Positions 31,105-40,287 of a stretch of DNA of 46,879 nucleotides are shown in pieces. Positions within the stretch are counted from its first letter, which is position 1, and each line of letters starts with the position of its first letter. Made by a program: the position numbers and the translations under genes. The notes beneath the pieces were generated by a model that was not told where the DNA came from, did no database searches, and worked only from the letters and a program-made list of their open reading frames with translations. Source of the DNA: Planctomycetota bacterium (GTDB lineage Bacteria; Planctomycetota; SZUA-567; H5-PLA8); assembly GCA_045863855.1 (NCBI GenBank), contig BTVV01000043.1, positions 1 to 46,879 of the forward strand, read 5' to 3'.

Positions 31105-34100
31105 CTATTTTTTGAAGATGCGCGAGAACAAGTTCCCGCTGCCCTTGTTCTTGTCGTCCGGCGGCGGCTGCTTGCCGGCGGCCGGCGCGGCGGGCTGAAC
31201 GGGCTGGCGGTCAGAAGGCTTCTTCGGCACCGCCTCGGTGATCACCGTCTCGTGCTTGATGTACCCTTGCGTTCCCGGTTTGGCCGGTCCGGCCGGCGCC
31301 GCGCTGGGCGCGGCTGCCGATGCCGCCGCTTGCTTGGGCTGCGGTGGCGGTGCGGGCGCCTGCGCCGCAGGCGGCGGGGCGGGGGACGGGGGTTTGGGCG
31401 CCGGAGCCGCAGGCTTGGGCGGCGGCTCGGCTTTCGGCTGCGCAGGCGCTTCGGTCTTCACCGGCGCGGGAGCCGGCTGCGGCGCGGGTTGCGCCGGAGC
31501 GGGCTGAACGGCAGGAGCCTGAGCGCCCGAGGCGACGACCGGCTGCGGCGGAACCTTGGGCGCTTCCGGCGCCGCCGCTTGCTTAGGGTCCGAGCTCACC
31601 ATGGCCGGCTTCGGCGCACCGGCCTGCTGCGGTTTAGGTTTATCGGGTGGCGGTGGCTCGGGCGGCAGGTCCTTGCCGTCGGACTCTTGCAGCACGCGCG
31701 AGAGCCGCGCGCCCAGTTCCTTCGAGAACGAATCGATCTGGCTCTGGATGTGGCTGCCGGCCTGAGTGAGCGTGTCGTAACGCTTCTTGAATTCGTCGAG
31801 TTGCACGCAGGCGTTTTTGAACTGCTGCGTGAGGTTCGTATTCTCGGTGGCAAGGTCCGACATGGCGCGGTGGTACTGCTGCGTCAGGCTCTCGATGCCG
31901 TGCGAGGCCGCCTGCTTGTAGCGTTCGAACTCGCCGCGCACCTTCCGGCCGTAGACGGCGGCGTCTTCGTGCCGCGCGACGGCTTGATCGCGTTCTTGCA
32001 GCGCACGCTCCTTCGCTTCGCGCTCGGCTTTGAGCGCCGCTTCCAGGGTTGCGCCGCGGCCCTGCAACTCGCGGATCAATCCGGCTTGCTTCTCGCGTTC
32101 GTCGGCGGCCAAGCGGTGCGCCTGCTTCTCGCTGGCGAGCAGGCTCTTGGTCTCGGCGGCTTTGGCGTCCAGTTCACGCTTGGCGATGGCCAGCGCGTCG
32201 AAGTCTTTCTGCAGCGCCTGCTTGGCCTCGCGCTCGGCACCGAACCTCGAATCGAGATCCGCGACGCGCGCTTCCAATTCGCTGCGCGCTTCGGAGAGTT
32301 CGTTGCCGCGCTTGAGCGCCGTTTCCTTGGCGGACTTCTCCAAACTGAGCATCTGTTCCAGGTCGTTGGCTTTGCCTTCCAGTTCTTTCTTGGCTTCGGC
32401 CAACTCCGCCACGCGCCGGACCGCCGTTTCCTTCGCGTCGCGCTCCAGCGAAAGAATGCCGTCCAATTCGGCGACGCGCGCTTCCAGTTCGCGGCGCGCC
32501 TCGGCCAGTTCATTTCGCTTCTTGAGCGCGGTGTCCTTTAGATCGGTCTCGGAGGCCAGGCGCTTCTCGAGTTCGGCGACGCGCGCGTCGAGTTCGGCCT
32601 TGGCCTCGGCGAGCAGGCTCTTTTCGGTGAGCGCTTCTTCCTTGGCCTCGCGCTCGGTCGATAAGCGCACCTTCAATTCCGCTTCGCGGACTTCGCTTTC
32701 GCGGCGCAGTCCGGCCAGCTCTTCGCGGAGCTTGCCGTCCTGTTCCTCGTAGCCGCGGCGTTCCTTTTCGGCGGCGGCTCGCTCTTCGCGCAGCTTGCGC
32801 TCCCACTCCTCGCGGGCCTTGTGCTCGCGCTCGTCGCGGAATTTGCGCTCCTTTTCCTCGCGCGCCTTCCACTCGAGTTCTTGCTTCTCGAGTTGCATCT
32901 GCAATTCAAGCTCACGCTCTTCCTGCTTGTCGAGAAGGCGCTTCTCTTTTTCGGCGTACTCGACGAGCAGACCTTCGAGGCGCTCCTTTTCGGCGCCCAG
33001 CCGGGTTTCGAGTTCGACGATCTTCGCTTCCAGTTCGCGGCGGGCCTCGGACAGCTCGTCGCGCTTCTTGAGCGCCGCTTCCTTGCCCTCGCTTTCGCCG
33101 GCGAGCTTCTTGGAAAGTTCGGCGGCTTTGACCTCCAGCGCGCCACGGGCCTCGGCCAGCTCGTTGCGCTCCTTCAGCGCCGCGACCTTGGCCTCGCGTT
33201 CCTTGGCCAAGCTGGCTTCGAGGTCGGCGGTGCGCTGTTCGAGCTGCTGGCGCGTCTGGGCCAGTTCGTCGCGAAGCTTGCGGACCAGCTCCTCGCGCTC
33301 GAGCGCGTCGCGTTCGGACTTCTCGCGCTTCTGGCGTTCGTCGCGTTCGGCGGTATCTCGATCGGTCTTGTCCTTTTCGGATTTCGACTTTTCGGACTTC
33401 TCCTTCTCCGCCTTCTCGCGCTCGAACTGCTCGCGCTTGGCCTGATCGCTCTGCTCGCGCTCCAGGCGCTGCTTCTCGACGCGTTCGTCGGTCTGCTTCT
33501 GGCGCTCTTCGCGCTCTTTATCCTGCTTGGACATGAGTTCCAACTCCTCGCGTTGCTTGCGTTCCCGTGCTTCCCGAATGATCCGCTCGTGGTCGGCTCG
33601 TTCCTGCGCGGCGCGCTCCAGGGCGCCGCGTTCCTGCATCCAGAAGGCTTCGCTTTCGGCGCGCACATACGTTTCGCGCGATGCGTGCAACTGTCCGATC
33701 AGCCGCTCGGCGCGCTTGGGCAAGGCGTCGAGCGCCGCTTCCACGCGCGCCCAGCGCGGCTCGTGCGAGCCGGAGTAGGCGTGCTGTTCGGCTTCGAAGC
33801 GGGCCTGGCATTCCTGGCTGACCCGCTTGGCAATGCGTTCGCGCAAGGCTTGGCGCTCGGCGGCCTGGCGCTGTTCCCAGGCTTGGCGTTCCGCGGCGGC
33901 CTGGCGCTCTTGTTCGGCGGCTTGCGCGGCGATTTTATCCAGCGCGGCTTTGAGCCGGGCCTCGCGCTCGGCGCGGAGACGCCGCTCTTCTTGCTCGTGC
34001 TTGCGTGCTTCGGATTCCAGCGCCTGCTTGCGTGCGTTCGCGGCCTGGAGCGCTTTTTGTGCAGCGGCTTCTCGCTCGCGTGTGGCTTCCAGCTCCAGCG

Positions 34101-36498
34101 CGGCGCGGCGGTGCTCCAACCGCGCGCGGGCTTCCAACTCTTCTTGCTCGCGCGCTTCGAACGCTTCTTTGCGGCGCTGAGCTTCGGCCAGGACGGATTT
34201 CTCGCGTTCGATGCGTTCGCGCAGCGCGCGCTCGTCGCGCTCCAAATCTTCCAACTCGGTGCGCTTGCGCCGGGCATCTTCCTCGCGCCGCCGCGCTTCT
34301 TCAGCGGCGCGTTCTCGTTCTGCTTGCTGCGCGCGTGCTTCCAGCAAGGCCGTTTCGACACGCTCCTGCTGAGCCTTGAGTTCCTCCAGCGTGGCCGCGC
34401 GTTCGTTCGCACGCGCTTCGGCCTGCTGGCGCTGCCCGGTGAGCTGTTCGAGTTCTTTGCGCAGCTCGGCCAGTACGGCGGTTTGGCGTTCGCGTTCGGC
34501 CTCGCGTTTGGCCGATTCTTCCGCTTCGCGCACCTGGCGCTGGGCTTGAGCGGCGGCTTCACGCGCCTGGCTTTCGGCCTGGACACGTTCGGCTTCTTCG
34601 CGCAGCTTGCGCAGGCGCGCTTCCTGCGCTTCGCGTTCGCGGACCGCGCGTTCGCGCGCTTCGCGTGCGGCGGCTTCGCGCGCTTGGGCCGCGCGCTGTT
34701 CTTCTTCCGCTCGTTTCGCGGCTTCGGCGGTGCGCGCTTCGGCCGCTTCGCGTTCGCGCTTTTCGTGGGCCGCCCGCGCTTCGGCTTCCTGCTGCTTGCG
34801 CGCGGCTTCCTCCTGCTGCAAGCGCAGCGTCTCCGCCTGAGCGGTTTCGAGGCGGCGGCGGCGGTCTTCGGTTTCCTGGCGGCGGCGCTCTTCTTCTTCG
34901 CGTGCGCGCGCTTCTTCCGCTTCCTTGCGCTTGGCTTCGCGCTCGACTTTCGCGGCCTCCAGGCGTTCCAGCGCCCGGCGCGATTCGGCCTCCGCGGCTT
35001 CCTTGGCCACGCGCGCGCGTTCGAGTTCCTCCGAAGTTGTGCGCTGGCCTTGCTCCAATCCGGCCAGTTCGGCCTGCGCTTCGGCGCGGCGCTGAAGCAA
35101 CTCTTGCTTGCGCCGCGCGTGCTCGGCGTTCTCGCGCGCCTCGGCTTCCTCGCGCGCTTTCTTTTCCGCCTCTTCCTTTCCGCTGATCCAACCCACCAGG
35201 CGCTGCGTGAGCGACTGCTGGGCCTTCTTTTCGGCGCGTTCCTTGGACTCCTTGAGCAACTGGTGGTAGCGAGTCAATTCGTCGAGGCTCGAACCCTGCG
35301 CCGCGCGGTATGTCTCGCGGTCCAATTCGGCGGCGGCCAAGTCGTCCAGTTCGGTCCCGCTTTCGGCCACGGGCGAAACGGCCGCGGGACCCTTTGCGGA
35401 GTCCCGCGGTTCCGGAGCGCTCAAGGTCGCCGGCACCGCGGCACGGTCTTCCGCTTTCAACCTCAAGCCGTACGTGGCACTCAGCCATTCCAGCAGGCCG
35501 TCCAGGTGCCCTTGCAGGCGTTCGTCGAGGGCCGCGTGCTTGGGGAAGTCGGTGCGCGGCTTCCCATTCTCGCCGGGCAAGCCGGGAAGGTCGGGCACGG
35601 CGGCGCGCAGGCGCTTCAACTGCGCGATGACGGCGCGCGTCAGATCGCCCGCGTGGGCGAAGCGCTTGCGCGGATCGCGTTCCAGGCAGCGTGCGACGAG
35701 TTCGAGCGTGCCGGGGTTGAGGTCTTTGCGGATCGACTCCAGTTCGGGAATGCGGCCGGTACGCACCTGCTCCAGCGCCGTTTTCATGGAGACGCCGGGC
35801 TTCGCGACGCCTGGATGAATGGCCAATCCCGAGAGCATGCGGTACAGGCCCGCGCCGAGCGCGAAGACATCGGTGGCAGGTGTGAGCAGCAGCGGATCGA
35901 GGCCGTTAGGCGGCGCTTGCTCGGGCGCGAGGTAATCCAGGTGGCCGAGCGTCGCGAGTCCGCGCAGATCGTCGCGCGCATGGCTGCTTTCGAGGGGGAG
36001 CGGCCAAGCGCATTGGGCCAGGCAGATACGGCGCAGCTTGGACTCCAGCACGAAATCGCCCAACCCGGCGCTGAGGAGCAGGAAACCGGCCTGGTGTACC
36101 GCGGCGACCAAATGGCACATCTCGGCCCAATGCTGCAGCGCTTCGGCTTCGGCGGCATGTCCGGCCAGGAGCCCGTAGTGGTCTTCGAGGGTCGGGCCTT
36201 CGCGGTGCGTGACGACGACGGCCCATCCGCGCGTGTCGGCCCCGGCGAAGCTCAGTTCGGGCAAACCGCGATGGCGGGCGCGCGACCACAACGCCGCTTC
36301 GAAAAGCGCGCGCGCACTGGCGGACGGGAGCAGCGTGGAACCGGTTAGAATGCGGACGGATGCGCCGTTCTGGCGATCCTGTCCAAGCAGCGCGTTTCCG
36401 CCGGGACGAAAGAGAGCCTCTTCCGGAAGATCCGGAAGTTCAAAGCGCGTCCACAAGGACGCCAAGCCGTCCTGCGTGGCCTTGGTACGCCTGGCCAT
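31105..36498 (-). CDS. 1797-aa protein: N-terminal Hanks-type pseudokinase, very long coiled coil, Pro-rich linker, C-terminal amphipathic helix
   Basis: Kinase C-lobe motifs YLAPEQ, ATDVFALGAGLYRMLSG and RCLERDPRKRF present; VAIK/HRD/DFG absent; more than 1100 aa E/R/A/K-rich; ends NLFSRIFKK. Confidence 0.88.
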   Translation of the reverse strand: MARRTKATQDGLASLWTRFELPDLPEEALFRPGGNALLGQDRQNGASVRILTGSTLLPSASARALFEAALWSRARHRGLPELSFAGADTRGWAVVVTHREGPTLEDHYGLLAGHAAEAEALQHWAEMCHLVAAVHQAGFLLLSAGLGDFVLESKLRRICLAQCAWPLPLESSHARDDLRGLATLGHLDYLAPEQAPPNGLDPLLLTPATDVFALGAGLYRMLSGLAIHPGVAKPGVSMKTALEQVRTGRIPELESIRKDLNPGTLELVARCLERDPRKRFAHAGDLTRAVIAQLKRLRAAVPDLPGLPGENGKPRTDFPKHAALDERLQGHLDGLLEWLSATYGLRLKAEDRAAVPATLSAPEPRDSAKGPAAVSPVAESGTELDDLAAAELDRETYRAAQGSSLDELTRYHQLLKESKERAEKKAQQSLTQRLVGWISGKEEAEKKAREEAEARENAEHARRKQELLQRRAEAQAELAGLEQGQRTTSEELERARVAKEAAEAESRRALERLEAAKVEREAKRKEAEEARAREEEERRRQETEDRRRRLETAQAETLRLQQEEAARKQQEAEARAAHEKREREAAEARTAEAAKRAEEEQRAAQAREAAAREARERAVREREAQEARLRKLREEAERVQAESQAREAAAQAQRQVREAEESAKREAERERQTAVLAELRKELEQLTGQRQQAEARANERAATLEELKAQQERVETALLEARAQQAERERAAEEARRREEDARRKRTELEDLERDERALRERIEREKSVLAEAQRRKEAFEAREQEELEARARLEHRRAALELEATREREAAAQKALQAANARKQALESEARKHEQEERRLRAEREARLKAALDKIAAQAAEQERQAAAERQAWEQRQAAERQALRERIAKRVSQECQARFEAEQHAYSGSHEPRWARVEAALDALPKRAERLIGQLHASRETYVRAESEAFWMQERGALERAAQERADHERIIREARERKQREELELMSKQDKEREERQKQTDERVEKQRLEREQSDQAKREQFEREKAEKEKSEKSKSEKDKTDRDTAERDERQKREKSERDALEREELVRKLRDELAQTRQQLEQRTADLEASLAKEREAKVAALKERNELAEARGALEVKAAELSKKLAGESEGKEAALKKRDELSEARRELEAKIVELETRLGAEKERLEGLLVEYAEKEKRLLDKQEERELELQMQLEKQELEWKAREEKERKFRDEREHKAREEWERKLREERAAAEKERRGYEEQDGKLREELAGLRRESEVREAELKVRLSTEREAKEEALTEKSLLAEAKAELDARVAELEKRLASETDLKDTALKKRNELAEARRELEARVAELDGILSLERDAKETAVRRVAELAEAKKELEGKANDLEQMLSLEKSAKETALKRGNELSEARSELEARVADLDSRFGAEREAKQALQKDFDALAIAKRELDAKAAETKSLLASEKQAHRLAADEREKQAGLIRELQGRGATLEAALKAEREAKERALQERDQAVARHEDAAVYGRKVRGEFERYKQAASHGIESLTQQYHRAMSDLATENTNLTQQFKNACVQLDEFKKRYDTLTQAGSHIQSQIDSFSKELGARLSRVLQESDGKDLPPEPPPPDKPKPQQAGAPKPAMVSSDPKQAAAPEAPKVPPQPVVASGAQAPAVQPAPAQPAPQPAPAPVKTEAPAQPKAEPPPKPAAPAPKPPSPAPPPAAQAPAPPPQPKQAAASAAAPSAAPAGPAKPGTQGYIKHETVITEAVPKKPSDRQPVQPAAPAAGKQPPPDDKNKGSGNLFSRIFKK
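32026..33201 (-). repeat. 105-nt (35-aa) imperfect coding tandem repeats
   Basis: Units starting EREAK/ESEGK/ETDLK/ERDAK/EKSAK/EKQAH at 33201 and 33096, then 32655, 32550, 32445, 32340, 32235, 32130; exact 105-nt spacing within each block. Confidence 0.85.
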
Positions 36499-36624
36499 GA
36501 CGTGGGGCCATCCCCCGCGGCGAGTGCCTGTTGAAAACCGAATCTATCCCAAGCGAGTGTAACACGAGACGGGGGGATTACATCCGTAAGTTGGGCGAAA
36601 CGGCTCGCGCGGCAGCCCCAAGAC

Positions 36625-37377
36625 CTAGCGTTTGGCGGCTTCGGCTCGGCGCACATTGCGTATGTGCTTAAAATCGTCGAACCAGCGCTGCCAGGCCGCC
36701 GGTTCCGCCCCCAGATCGCGCTGGCTGATGGTGCGTAAGCCCGCGAAGGCCAGCACGGCCACGGAGGTTTGGACGCTGCGCAGCTCCAGGTTGGGCAGTT
36801 CGATGGGCAAGTTGATGTTACCCAGCGGGTTGTTCACGTCGAGCCCGTTGGAGATGAACAAGGTCTGAGGCGGTTGAACTTCGGTGGCAGACCCCACGCG
36901 CAATTCGTAACTGACGATTTGCACCAGCGCTTCGATCACCTCGGGGCGGTCGAGCCAGCGGATGCCTTCGGCCGCGCGAAGCCGGTGCTCGGCCTTTACC
37001 GCCGGGTGGATCACGGCCTTATAAAGGAACTGCATCGCCCGAGTGTCGTCGAGAGTGTCCATGGCGCGCGCCGCGGTTTTGCGAACGCCTTCGTCGCTAT
37101 CGAACAGTATACGCTTGAACAAGGCTTCGCTGATGGCTACGGGTACCGGCTTGGAGGAAATCGACTCCAGCGTCTGAAGGGCGGCCATTCGTTCGGAGGG
37201 AGTCTTGGCCTCCGCGAGGACTTTGAGATGAGCTTCGAGGTTGAGTGGGGTTTGTGCGGTCCGATCGGCCGGCGATTCCTGTGGCGCGGCTTGGATGGTC
37301 AACGTCTCTTCCGCACCGGCGGAGCTGGCCTGGCACCACAGGGCCAAACTCAGCAAGGTCGCAACCCAAGCACGCAT
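36625..37377 (-). CDS. Exported HEAT-repeat protein
   Basis: Signal peptide MRAWVATLLSLALWCQASSAGA; HEAT-like ERMAALQTL, VRKTAARAM, HRLRAAEGI; AAWQRWF tail. Confidence 0.75.
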   Translation of the reverse strand: MRAWVATLLSLALWCQASSAGAEETLTIQAAPQESPADRTAQTPLNLEAHLKVLAEAKTPSERMAALQTLESISSKPVPVAISEALFKRILFDSDEGVRKTAARAMDTLDDTRAMQFLYKAVIHPAVKAEHRLRAAEGIRWLDRPEVIEALVQIVSYELRVGSATEVQPPQTLFISNGLDVNNPLGNINLPIELPNLELRSVQTSVAVLAFAGLRTISQRDLGAEPAAWQRWFDDFKHIRNVRRAEAAKR

Positions 37378-37518
37378 TGGACTCAGACTCCCATCGATCG
37401 TTCTACACTAGTGGCGTATGCAAGCCTCCTACTCTTAGAGCGATGAGCCTAATTAGGAATAGCCCTCAAGAGGCTCGAAATTCGTGCGTCCATTAAGGCT
37501 TGCTGCCGCTTGGTGCGC

Positions 37519-37547
37519 TTGACAGGTCAAACCGGGGCATCTATACT
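37519..37547 (+). promoter_or_regulatory. Near-consensus sigma70 promoter
   Basis: TTGACA (37519-37524), 17-nt spacer, TATACT (37542-37547). Confidence 0.75.
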
Positions 37548-37696
37548 GCTTAGCCTTAGAATGCATATCGGATACGCAACATATTAGTGCGTAAGGGTTT
37601 GGGTGTTTCCGGGGCGTTCCCGTACGGTGCGCGGTCCGGGTGTGATGCAGGCGTTTGACGACAAGAGCGAGACTCCAGGTCCGGGCAGCCCACTTC

Positions 37697-38374
37697 ATGT
37701 CCAGCACGCGTGCTAAAGTCCAGTCCTTCTTACGCTTGTACAGTCGGCGCTTGGGTAAGGTTCAGCGGGTGGAGTTCATGCCCCCGCCGGCCTCGGCCGA
37801 TCCCGAAGCGGCGCTGCAAGTCGCGACCAAAAATTCCGAAATTGTAGCCGGTGCGGTGCTGGGTCTGCACGGACCGCCGCTGGAAGGGTACGACGCCGCC
37901 CGCAAGTTGATGAACTTTTACGTCGACTGGAACGAAGTCCGCGTAGCGGATGCCGAAGTCGCCGGCCGCTTGCTGGGCCGCGACCACCGCGCGGTGCCGC
38001 GCATCCAGCTTCTGCAGCGCTTCCTCGAGGTTTTCTTCCTGCGCCAGCGGAACATGAACCTCGATTATCTGGCCAACCTGAAACCCAACGACCGCAAGCA
38101 GTTCCTGTCCAATCTCGAAGTTTTCGACCGCGAGGAACTGGCGGCGCTGCTGCTGACGGGGTTCGGATACCTTTCCTTCCCGGCGGCCGATGCGATACAC
38201 GAGGTCGCGCTGGAGCACGGGCTGGTCAAGAAAAAGGCCACCGTATTGCAGATGGCGCGGGAGCTTCAAAAAGGGCTCGATGCGGAAACGATGTACGAGC
38301 TGTACTCGCACCTGTACACGCTGGCCCGCTACCCCGACAAGTCCGCCCGCCCGCGCAAGAAGGTCAAAGCTTAA
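37697..38374 (+). CDS. Degenerate endonuclease III/HhH-GPD-like protein
   Basis: YVDWNEVRVA, MNLDYL..LK...RKQFLSNL and LLTGFGYLSFP follow the HhH-GPD layout; catalytic motifs and Fe-S cysteines absent. Confidence 0.6.
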   Translation: MSSTRAKVQSFLRLYSRRLGKVQRVEFMPPPASADPEAALQVATKNSEIVAGAVLGLHGPPLEGYDAARKLMNFYVDWNEVRVADAEVAGRLLGRDHRAVPRIQLLQRFLEVFFLRQRNMNLDYLANLKPNDRKQFLSNLEVFDREELAALLLTGFGYLSFPAADAIHEVALEHGLVKKKATVLQMARELQKGLDAETMYELYSHLYTLARYPDKSARPRKKVKA

Positions 38375-38408
38375 CGCCGTTTAGCCGCCCGTCGCGCAGG
38401 GGGCCTCC

Positions 38409-39122
38409 GTGGACGCCGTTCTCTTCGATCTCGACGACACGCTGCTGAATTATTCCGACGGCGCGGATGCCGTTTACGCGCGATCGCTGGCTGAAGTCGC
38501 CGAACCTTTGGGTCTGGACGTACCGGCGTTGCTGGCCGAACTGGATGCCGTGCGGCAATGGTTCTGGGGCGATCCCATCCGGCACCGCCGCGAACGGACC
38601 GACATGTCCGGCGCTTGGCGTAAAATCTACGTCGAAGCGCTGGGCCGGCAGCGGGTGCCGGCGGCGCGCGCTGAAGCGCTGGGCGCGGAGATGGCGCGGC
38701 GATTCACGGACGCGCGCTGGGAGGTCGTCCGTCCGCTGCCGGGCGCGTTCGATCTGCTGGATGCGCTCGCCGCGCGCGGAGTGCCGCTGGGGATGATCAC
38801 CAACGGCGACGCGGCGCAGCAGCGCGAGAAGCTGCGCCGCTTCGACCTCGAGCGCTACTTCCGCGTGATCGTGATCGAAGGAGAGTTTGGGCGCGGGAAG
38901 CCCGACCGCGAGGTCTTTGCGCACGCGCTGGAGGTGCTGGGCGTCGAGGCGCGGCAGACTTGGATGGTGGGCGACAACCTGGAGTTCGATATCGGCGGCG
39001 CGCAGGCGTTGGGGGCGCGGGGCGTCTGGATCGACCGGCATGGAAAAGGCCCGCCTGCCGGCGCGGCGGTGCGGCCCGACCGGGTCGTATCGAGCGTGGC
39101 GGAGTTGGACGACTGGCACTGA
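38409..39122 (+). CDS. HAD-superfamily hydrolase (subfamily IA)
   Basis: FDLDDTL, ITNG, GKPD, MVGDNLEFDIGGA. Confidence 0.93.
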   Translation: MDAVLFDLDDTLLNYSDGADAVYARSLAEVAEPLGLDVPALLAELDAVRQWFWGDPIRHRRERTDMSGAWRKIYVEALGRQRVPAARAEALGAEMARRFTDARWEVVRPLPGAFDLLDALAARGVPLGMITNGDAAQQREKLRRFDLERYFRVIVIEGEFGRGKPDREVFAHALEVLGVEARQTWMVGDNLEFDIGGAQALGARGVWIDRHGKGPPAGAAVRPDRVVSSVAELDDWH

Positions 39123-39216
39123 AGCCGCCCGGCGGTTCCGCGCTTGTCGTTGGTGCGCGCCGCGGATGGGTTATGATCGGCGCGGTTGGGCGGACGCTTA
39201 ACGGGGTGCTGCGGAC

Positions 39217-39861
39217 TTGGCCTTCGACTGGCTCAAACGATTCATGCCCAAGCGCGGCGGACAAGCGTCCGCGCCGGCTGAAAAATCGGCCGACCGGCTC
39301 TGCTGTTCGTGCGGGCAGAGCGAGATTCGCGTCAAGCAGCTCATCGCGTTACCCGGCGACCAGTTCATCTGCTCGGCCTGCTGCATCCGCCTCTCGGGAA
39401 CCTTCGGCGCGGGCGGCGCGGGCGGTTTCACGACGGCGATCCCGGGGCGCTGCTCCAGTTGCAGCCGCGAAGGCGAGCGCCGGCCTCCGGTGGTGCGCAC
39501 GAAAACCGGGCTGATCTGCAAAGAGTGCATCCGGTTGCTCGCGCAGATGGCCTACGAGCGCGAGATTTTCCCCGAAGCCGAATTCAAGCGTCGCCGGTCG
39601 CTTTGGGCCAAGCAAACCTGTTACTTCTGCGGCAAGGACAAGGCCGCGATCAAGGGAGCGGGCATGGCCTTGCTCTGCTACACCTGCTACGATGCCATGG
39701 CGCGAATCGGGAAGAACGAGCCCATCGCGGGCGACGTGCAGTGCGACCTGTGCATGAAAAAAATGAGTGGCGCGGCGGGGCAGATGGGTGTCCAGGGCGG
39801 CATCATTTGCGCCGAATGCCTGGCGCGCCACGAGAGTTTCAAGACCCAGTCGCGGACCTGA
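39217..39861 (+). CDS. Protein with four tandem ClpX-like C4 zinc fingers
   Basis: CCSCGQSEIRVKQLIALPGDQFICSAC plus three further CxxC-x(n)-[I/L]CxxC units; start may be TTG 39217 or ATG 39244. Confidence 0.75.
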   Translation: MAFDWLKRFMPKRGGQASAPAEKSADRLCCSCGQSEIRVKQLIALPGDQFICSACCIRLSGTFGAGGAGGFTTAIPGRCSSCSREGERRPPVVRTKTGLICKECIRLLAQMAYEREIFPEAEFKRRRSLWAKQTCYFCGKDKAAIKGAGMALLCYTCYDAMARIGKNEPIAGDVQCDLCMKKMSGAAGQMGVQGGIICAECLARHESFKTQSRT

Positions 39862-39878
39862 CCGTGTGGAGACGAGCG

Positions 39879-40097
39879 ATGCTCGACAAGGACCTGCTCG
39901 ACATTCTGGCTTGCCCCCATTGCGTGAGCCTCCCGGAGCGAGCGCCGGAAGGCGTCCGCAAGGGCGAGTTGGAGCTTTTGGGGACCGAACAGAAACCCGA
40001 AGCGCTGCGCTGCAAGCAATGCCGGCGTGTGTATAAGATTGAGGATGGGATCCCAAACTTGCTAATAGAGGAAGCCGTTATAGAGGGACAGGCGTAG
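39879..40097 (+). CDS. Trm112 family protein (YcaR-like)
   Basis: MLDKDLLDILACPHC...LRCKQCRRVYKIEDGIPNLLIEEA; ATG after GGAG. Confidence 0.9.
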   Translation: MLDKDLLDILACPHCVSLPERAPEGVRKGELELLGTEQKPEALRCKQCRRVYKIEDGIPNLLIEEAVIEGQA

Positions 40098-40287
40098 GGT
40101 TCGCGCAGATATGCGCTTTGTTCCTTTTTGCTTGACCAACCGCGTGCAAAATGCACAATGTCCAAGGGGTGAGCCATTCTCATCCTACGTTGCTATAAGA
40201 GGTTAACAGAAACCGAAGGATCGGGCGTTCCGAGCGAACCGCTCGGTCGCAGGTGCTTCTTGGACCCCCTCGAGAGCTGACTGACGC

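Noticed and set aside
32026..33201. Possible CRISPR-like array
   Set aside because: The repeats are degenerate, in-frame and protein-coding, with no identical repeats, unique spacers or cas genes
32821..36348. 1175-aa + strand ORF rich in F/L/A/R
   Set aside because: Antisense shadow of the E/K/R/A-rich coiled-coil gene; biased codons leave the opposite strand free of stops
39309..39878. N-terminal part of the 262-aa ORF ending in Trm112
   Set aside because: Overlaps the zinc-finger gene in another frame; Trm112 homology and the ribosome-binding site begin at 39879
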